A stretch of 64,000 nucleotides of DNA. It comes from Myxococcota bacterium (lineage in GTDB: Bacteria > Myxococcota_A > UBA796 > SXON01). The stretch is from positions 128,001-192,000 of the forward strand of contig JAZKFH010000019.1 in the NCBI GenBank assembly GCA_040386535.1, given 5' to 3'. This document shows positions 57,996 to 64,000 of the stretch, in pieces (within the stretch, counting starts at the first letter, position 1; each line of letters begins with the position of its first letter). The position numbers were made by a program, and so were the translations under genes. The notes under the pieces were generated by a model. It saw only the letters and a program-made list of their open reading frames with translations, was not told where the DNA came from and searched no databases.

Positions 57996-59581
57996 TATCG
58001 TTCTCCCGTCGGCGTATGCTTACGATGAATCATCGCACGCAGGATTGCTCGTGCCTCCGCGCCCAGTTGACCATTGAAGTATGCGAGTGCGTCCGGGTAG
58101 GTATCCGCGCCGTCCGCTGCGTCCTGTAACAGGCGGTGGAAGCCAGAGGTCGTCACTTCCAACCCGAACACCTCCGAGGTCAAGGTGCCTACGTTTTCGC
58201 CGAACGTTTCAACCTCTGGGCGCTCGGCATGCACGAAGTCGCCGGTTCGGCGGATTACCCAAACGCAGGATTTTGGGGTCTCTTGCAGGATTACTGGCGA
58301 GTGGGTAGCGATGATGGCCACTCCATTTCGGTTGGCCAGCAACTGGCTGAGACTCCGAATAAACGCTGACAAGAGAGGCGGGTGGAGATGTGCCTCCGGC
58401 TCGTCGAGCAGCACCAAGGTCTGCTCATCGACGGCCTCAATCAGGCGTGTGATCGTCAGGAGCACAACCTTATGGCCCGAGCTCAGCCCCGCAAACAGCT
58501 CTCCCGCCTTCGCGCCAACGGATCCCGACTCCTCATCGGCGAGGGCCACGATCCGTTCGTCAGCAAACAAGGGGTCACTGAGAAGGGACTCAAGGGCGAC
58601 CCTCCACCGGTCCCGCCGCGCCCCAACGAGACACTCCCTCGCGGCGTTCACAAAGTCGTCCTGCAACTCATCTATGGTCTTGGGTGGCGTGTCGGCGATC
58701 GACTGCCCAACTGAGGGATGTCGTTTCAGGCCAATGTAGTAGTACGGTACCTCGAAGGGTCTTTCCTTGGATTCGGCAAGCGGCCCAAACGGATCGAATG
58801 CGCTAAACGAAAGCGACACGACGCGAGAAAACGAGGTCACGCTGTGCGCGTGGGGGTCGGAATAAAAAGTTCCATTCGCCGCGTGGCGCCGCACTTCCTC
58901 CTTCCTGCCTTTCTTCCTGTCTGTCGCGTTGGCTGTGTCGCCCCATACGACACTGTGCGTCAAGCTATCCAGGCAGCGCGTCTTTCCTACGCCGTTGCTT
59001 CCAATAAGCACATGAACGTTGGTGGGAGGTTTCGACAGCGGCGAGACTGCGAAGTCCAGGCGTGCGGCGGCAATCTCCGGGGACCGCACGGGCAGCGAGA
59101 ACGAGAAGCGGTAAGGTGTTAGGGCCGCTTCTCCGCGAGCCAAGCGCCCAAGCTTGCTCCGCACGACCTGCTCCGGCACTGAACGAAACAACGACTCGGT
59201 AGTCACACGCTCTGTGCTTGCACGTTCAAGGAGCGCCGGGTCGGCCGCCAGGTCCCGGAGTGCCCACAGTATGCGAATCCGGAAAGCGGGCGGCAGCCGG
59301 TTGAGGGTCTCATAATAGTTCTCACCCTGGCCCAACGAAAACTGATCATCGCGCAACCTATCGAACTGCGGCGGTACGTCCGCGGAACGGGCCCCCTTTG
59401 GCATCGCAAACTGTCCAATCTTCACCGACCCCGGCTCGTGCTGGGTGCTGTTGCCGTCGAAAACGATGAGGTCGAACTGAGTCTTGAACTCGCGCCAGTC
59501 GTTCCAGTTGTCTGTCCTGAGGTAACAGATGTTTGGAGCGGGCGTCGCGGTCGCGCGCGCCGATAGGACTGTGAAGAGCAT
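57995..59581 (-). CDS. ptuA: ABC/AAA_21-type ATPase of a Septu-like defence pair
   Basis: GSNGVGKT, LSSGH, LLDEPEAHLHP, ATHSP. Confidence 0.8.
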   Translation of the reverse strand: MLFTVLSARATATPAPNICYLRTDNWNDWREFKTQFDLIVFDGNSTQHEPGSVKIGQFAMPKGARSADVPPQFDRLRDDQFSLGQGENYYETLNRLPPAFRIRILWALRDLAADPALLERASTERVTTESLFRSVPEQVVRSKLGRLARGEAALTPYRFSFSLPVRSPEIAAARLDFAVSPLSKPPTNVHVLIGSNGVGKTRCLDSLTHSVVWGDTANATDRKKGRKEEVRRHAANGTFYSDPHAHSVTSFSRVVSLSFSAFDPFGPLAESKERPFEVPYYYIGLKRHPSVGQSIADTPPKTIDELQDDFVNAARECLVGARRDRWRVALESLLSDPLFADERIVALADEESGSVGAKAGELFAGLSSGHKVVLLTITRLIEAVDEQTLVLLDEPEAHLHPPLLSAFIRSLSQLLANRNGVAIIATHSPVILQETPKSCVWVIRRTGDFVHAERPEVETFGENVGTLTSEVFGLEVTTSGFHRLLQDAADGADTYPDALAYFNGQLGAEARAILRAMIHRKHTPTGER

Positions 59582-60793
59582 AAGAGCCTCGCTAACGGGG
59601 GCGCCTAACCGACGCGGCTCGGGGAGCCACGGCGCCAGCGAAGATTCCCTCCATGCCGGACGACGGGACCATTTGGCATCGGCGGTTGGGGTTGGAGCGC
59701 GCCGGGCGCGATACCATCCTGCTTAGACGTGCACCCCGTTAGGCCCCGCGACGCCGTGGATGTCGGGCGCATCCTCCGCATCGAGCGCACCCAGCAACGC
59801 GATCCCCCGTGCGTACGCGTCCGCCTGGAGCGCGAACAGGTCGAGCAGCGCGGCCTCTAAGGTCGCGCGTTCCTCTACCGCGCGCTGGTGTGCGAGCTGG
59901 GGGGCTTCGGGTTCCGGCGGGGTCGTGGGCATGCGCGTAGCGTAGCGCACGCGCTCGCGGCTCTTGCTGCTTACCGTAGGTCCGGGTCACGTCGAAGCCG
60001 GGCTCGCGGAGGCGTACGAGGCGGCAAATAGCCAGGTTCATGCCCGGGAATCTACATTCTCGGGCATGCCAAACAGCACGGTTATACCGGCATTATTTGC
60101 AAGCGGCAACAATCATGGCAGCCGACGGCGACGGGCCCGCGGGGTGCGCGGCGCGTAATCGATGGATGAACCACGCTTTGAGCGCACTACACGATGCGCG
60201 CGCTACGCATGCTCGCCGCGAGCACGCACGCTGCGCGTACCCCGGTCGGGGGGGCGAGTCGAGAGTCGCAGCTGCATGCGCGGTTGAGCCCCGGCGCGCC
60301 AATCCAGACGGACTACGCGGGTAAGAGTGCGTACCAGGGGTCCCGTCCCTCTTCCTCGTCGGGGTCCTCGGGGTCGCCGCCGCGCTCGCGGGCGCTCGCT
60401 CGTGAGCCGTCGAGCTGGGCTACGCGGGCCTCGACCGCGAGGAGCGCCGCAAACAGGCACCACATCGCGGTCTGTTCGTCACCGGATGCGGTGGCCGATC
60501 CTTCGGTATCTTCAAGCATACCGAGTGTACTGGCGGCCACGACGTGGGTCAAGGCGGAGCCTTGACGCGTCAATGGCTCGACGCAAATAAATATCCCGGC
60601 GGGCTACGAGGGCGTCACTCGGGGCACAACGGCGGGCATCCGGGCCGTCTCCCCGGAGCACGCGCGCCGTGCGTACCCGTGGCGGTCGCGGCGACCGTGT
60701 AGGAGGTATCCTGCGCGCCCTCGGAGCCGACGACATGACGAACCACCCGCGCGGAGTACGCCACCCCCACGAAGCCCCCAAGGGCGCTCGGTC

Positions 60794-61615
60794 GTGACGC
60801 TGGGCCTACCACGCACCACCGACCAGATCGCGGCGTGGCTGGGCGGCGAGCCCGTCAAGCAGCTCGCGGGGATCCGGACCTGGCACGGGGGCGCCACCGT
60901 GGCGTACGCGCTGGAGCAGGTTGTCGAGCTGCCCGAGTCGGAGCGCGGGCGACGCTTTTTCGAGATCGTGAACGAGGCCAAGCGCGCGCGCCAGTCGGCC
61001 GGGATGTGGCCCAGAGCCAACTACCGCGATTGGTACCCCGCGGGCGTATGCGCGCCGGTCCTCACTCCCGAGGCCGGCGAGCCGAGCCACGCCGTCGGAG
61101 GGCAGGCCGACCGTGAACCGGGACGGTACGAGGCGGGAGACGGCGGCTCCGCCGACCCGACCGATCGCTTGGCGCTCGCGGAGACGATCCTGGGCTACGT
61201 GTTTCGCGACAAATCCTTGTTGAAGTTGGCGTTGTCTTGCGCCTTCGCTTCGAGCGCGAACAATGATGCGCTCGCATGTCTCGGGGACCGCATATTCAAC
61301 GCCTGGGCGGCGCGTAGGGTCTACGCGGGCGCCCCCGGCGCGAGCAAGGGCAAGTTGACCGATGCGATCAACTCGCTGTGCAAAGGCGACACCCAGGCCG
61401 CCGCGTTCTTGGCGCTCGGCCTCTATGCGCTGCTCACGGTCGGGGGCTCGGTGATTGGGCGGGGGGCCGTGATCAAGGTGGCGAAGGCGTCAACCGGGCT
61501 TGAGGCCATCGTCGCGGCCATCGAGATCGACGGGGGCGGGGAGGCCGCGGAGGCGTTCCTCGACCGCGCCTTCACCTCGCCCCTCGGATCCGCGCTCAAG
61601 GCGCTCGCTCCGTAG
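60794..61615 (+). CDS. Degenerate RNase III-domain protein without dsRBD, with unknown N-terminal domain
   Basis: LGYVFRDKSLL..AL, NDALACLGD, SKGKLT, LEAIVAAIEIDGG. Confidence 0.75.
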   Translation: MTLGLPRTTDQIAAWLGGEPVKQLAGIRTWHGGATVAYALEQVVELPESERGRRFFEIVNEAKRARQSAGMWPRANYRDWYPAGVCAPVLTPEAGEPSHAVGGQADREPGRYEAGDGGSADPTDRLALAETILGYVFRDKSLLKLALSCAFASSANNDALACLGDRIFNAWAARRVYAGAPGASKGKLTDAINSLCKGDTQAAAFLALGLYALLTVGGSVIGRGAVIKVAKASTGLEAIVAAIEIDGGGEAAEAFLDRAFTSPLGSALKALAP

Positions 61616-61704
61616 CATCGGCGCGGCGGCCACGGCGGCGGTCGCTCGCGACCAAACCGCACTTCGCGCCGCGCGTGGTAGCGTTGCGACTGGCGGAGAG
61701 CTTC

Positions 61705-62520
61705 ATGTCTCGGTTCATCGGCATTGACTTTAGCGGCAGCGCGCCCCGGTGGGCGGCGCGCGCGACCCGTACGAACGTCTGGATCGCGTATCTCAGCGAT
61801 GATGAGCGCCCGCGCCTTACCGGCCTCATCCCCGTCCAGCAGCTTCCGGGCGACGGCGCACCCTTCGATCGCCTCGCGGCGATGCTGGCGAAGGGCGACT
61901 TCGACGCGGCGGCGATCGATGCCCCGTTCGCCGTCCCCTCGGAGTACGCCCCGGCGGGCGGTTGGCCGGCGCTTCTGGCGCTGGTGGGGAACCTCCCACA
62001 TGAAAAGCGGCCGTTTCCCCGAGGCGATGCGCTCGTGCAAGCCCTAATGGGGCCCGACGGCGGGCAGGGCCGCAAGTCGTACCGCGCGACCGAGAAGCAC
62101 TGGATCCAACAGGGGGTAAACGTCCGCTCCACCCTTTGGAACGGCCCGCGGGGCGGATCGCCGTTTACGGTCGCGGCGCTCTACCTCCTCGCGCGTGCGG
62201 CGCGCCCGGTGTGGCCCTGGCAGCACGGCCCAGGAATGCTGGTCGAGGCGTTCCCGGCCGCGCAGCTCCGCGCGTGGGGCCTGGCTCACCAGGGGTACAA
62301 CGGCGACACGGCGGCGGCGAAGAAGGCGCGCGCCGCGATCGTGGTCCACCTGGCGGGCAAGGTTGACCTCGGCGCCCACGTCGCGGCGGTGCGCGGCAAC
62401 GCAGACGCGCTCGACGCGTTGCTATGCGCGTTCGCCGCGCGCGCCGCGTGGAACGGTACAACCCCGACGCCGGGCGTCCTCGCGTCCATCGAGGGGGAGA
62501 TCGCCGTCGAGCCAGGGTAG
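61705..62520 (+). CDS. DUF429-family (predicted RNase H-fold nuclease) protein
   Basis: FIGIDFSG, IDAPF, VEAFPAA, DALDALLCA, EGEI. Confidence 0.8.
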   Translation: MSRFIGIDFSGSAPRWAARATRTNVWIAYLSDDERPRLTGLIPVQQLPGDGAPFDRLAAMLAKGDFDAAAIDAPFAVPSEYAPAGGWPALLALVGNLPHEKRPFPRGDALVQALMGPDGGQGRKSYRATEKHWIQQGVNVRSTLWNGPRGGSPFTVAALYLLARAARPVWPWQHGPGMLVEAFPAAQLRAWGLAHQGYNGDTAAAKKARAAIVVHLAGKVDLGAHVAAVRGNADALDALLCAFAARAAWNGTTPTPGVLASIEGEIAVEPG

Positions 62521-62570
62521 CGGGCGGCGCGCCGTCGCGGAGGCTGTGGCGCATCCGTTAGGTGCCGGCG

Positions 62571-63122
62571 ATGCCTGATCCCCATCGTTTGGTCTTCGCC
62601 GTAGACGGCGCGCGTGACCTCCTGCGACGGACGGGCCTCTCCGGCGCCGAGCGGGATCCAGCGTGGCAAGCGGGCATGGCCGCGGCCATGCTGGCCGACG
62701 CGTGCGCGCTGCTCCAGCAATACGGTTACCGCGCCTCCGAGCGCTCCGGTCCTGATACACCGCTCGCCCGCGAGACGCGCGTCTGGACATTTTCGCGGGC
62801 TACGGGTCGGGTCCCGGCGAGCGACGCGGAGACGCTGTTCATGGAGGTCGGCGTGCAAGGCGAGCTGCTGGCCTGGAAGTACCACCCCGGAGACGGCGAC
62901 CCTGACGACGACCGCGACTACTGCCGAAAACCCAGCGTGGACGCCGTTGCCGCACCCGTTGGGGTGATCTTCGATCACGTCACGCGGGAGGTGCTCGGCG
63001 CCGAGTTCCGTCGCGGCGACGGGCAGCCGTTCCGCGACCTTGACAACGGAGCTGGCGCGGCGCGCCGCTTCTCCCCGTTGGAGACCTTGATCAGCTTCAT
63101 CGTGCAGTACGCGCCGAGGTAG
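62571..63122 (+). CDS. Hypothetical protein
   Basis: Protein-like ORF co-oriented with DUF429. Confidence 0.55.
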   Translation: MPDPHRLVFAVDGARDLLRRTGLSGAERDPAWQAGMAAAMLADACALLQQYGYRASERSGPDTPLARETRVWTFSRATGRVPASDAETLFMEVGVQGELLAWKYHPGDGDPDDDRDYCRKPSVDAVAAPVGVIFDHVTREVLGAEFRRGDGQPFRDLDNGAGAARRFSPLETLISFIVQYAPR

Positions 63123-63345
63123 CGGGCCGTCCGTCGGCCGGGGGTGGCGCACAGCGCCATTCCTCGGAAGCCAGGACCGCGACGCCGGACCCCGCGCGCA
63201 TTCCGCGAGCGACCAGGTAGGTTGTACGGGGTGCTGACGGCCTTTCTCGGCAAGAGGCGGCTAAAGCTCTGCACCTCGAAGGGGCAGTGCGACGACGGAG
63301 GGTCCCCGATCCTGTGCTACCTTCGGCCCCGGAGGAAGAGTACGG

Positions 63346-63876
63346 ATGAAGATCCCGTTTGCCGCGCTCCTCGCGCTTTCGTTCGCAATCACGCCCGTCC
63401 GTGCCCTTGGGTCCACGGGCGATACGATCGGAGGTATTACCGTTGGTAAACCCGTGGCAACATCCGCCCTACCACAGGACAGCGAGGGCGTCCCCTTTAC
63501 CGAGACGAGCGTGGCGGGCGAAGCCGGGCGCCTTTTAATCGAAATGTGCGGCAAGAACGTTCAGCGGTTGAGTTTCTATATCGTTTACCTGCGCAACTAT
63601 TGGACCGAACACGCGGTCCCCCCGGCGATCAGAACCTCGGCCTATTGGGGCTTCACCGGGCACCAGCGGGACGCGCTCCTTCTGTACCGGAAGCTAACGA
63701 CCGCGCTCCGGGAGGCGGGGTGGGAGGCATCCCGCTCGAATAAAAATGGAAAGGGTGAGAACTTGTCCTTCGCCAAGGACGGGTATCAGCGCCAGCTCTA
63801 CCTGACCAAGAGCTTCAAATATTCGCGTATCGATCTCGTTGCAGAAGCCGATCGAGCGTGTACCACCGGCCTTTAG
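63346..63876 (+). CDS. Secreted hypothetical protein
   Basis: GGAGG RBS; MKIPFAALLALSFA signal peptide. Confidence 0.6.
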   Translation: MKIPFAALLALSFAITPVRALGSTGDTIGGITVGKPVATSALPQDSEGVPFTETSVAGEAGRLLIEMCGKNVQRLSFYIVYLRNYWTEHAVPPAIRTSAYWGFTGHQRDALLLYRKLTTALREAGWEASRSNKNGKGENLSFAKDGYQRQLYLTKSFKYSRIDLVAEADRACTTGL

Positions 63877-64000
63877 AGCTGCGCGGCTCAGCGCGCGGCG
63901 GCAAGGCGTAGCGCATCGGCGTCCACGCGCGGACGGCCGGATCGCGAGTCACCCGACGGATGCCCGCGATGATCCGCACGGCGGGGCGGAGGTTGCCGAC

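Larger units (their letters stand above)
21241..64000. mobile_element. tRNA-Gln-integrated element/genomic island, right end not found in the window
   Basis: Integrase next to the tRNA 3' end; xis/XRE/replication genes; patchy composition; defence cargo. Confidence 0.85.

Noticed and set aside
57147..60800. Retron associated with PtuAB
   Set aside because: No reverse transcriptase (YADD-type) ORF seen nearby
21241..64000. attR duplicate of the tRNA-Gln 3' end; intact prophage or ICE
   Set aside because: No second copy found by eye, and no virion or conjugation genes recognised; the element probably continues past the window

Overview
High-GC bacterial DNA, probably Myxococcota (inferred from an AgmX/PglI-type domain and secreted proteins with DTDTDAD and MopE-like repeats). 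Bases 1-21.1 kb look like host chromosome: a peptidase, a REP-like repeat cluster, SDR/ThiF/nitroreductase genes, a Wzc and O-antigen-ligase polysaccharide locus, serA-like, SprT-like, FKBP, NYN and MoxR/vWA genes. At 21168-21240 is tRNA-Gln(TTG), followed by a convergent tyrosine integrase. The rest of the window is an integrated element of at least 43 kb whose right end was not found. Its core has excisionase-like HTH genes, an XRE repressor, two paralogous P-loop proteins, an origin-like inverted repeat and a minimal divergent family-A DNA polymerase, with no visible primase. A 153-nt tRNA-like RNA starts 13 nt after the polymerase stop. Cargo is defence-rich: three stand-alone HNH nucleases, a GIY-YIG-like protein, UDG, TIR-TPR, Septu-like PtuAB, a degenerate RNase III with DUF429, and two DUF4145-Sel1-SEC-C paralogs. 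No capsid, terminase, relaxase or T4SS genes were recognised. All calls come from reading motifs by eye; start codons are best estimates.
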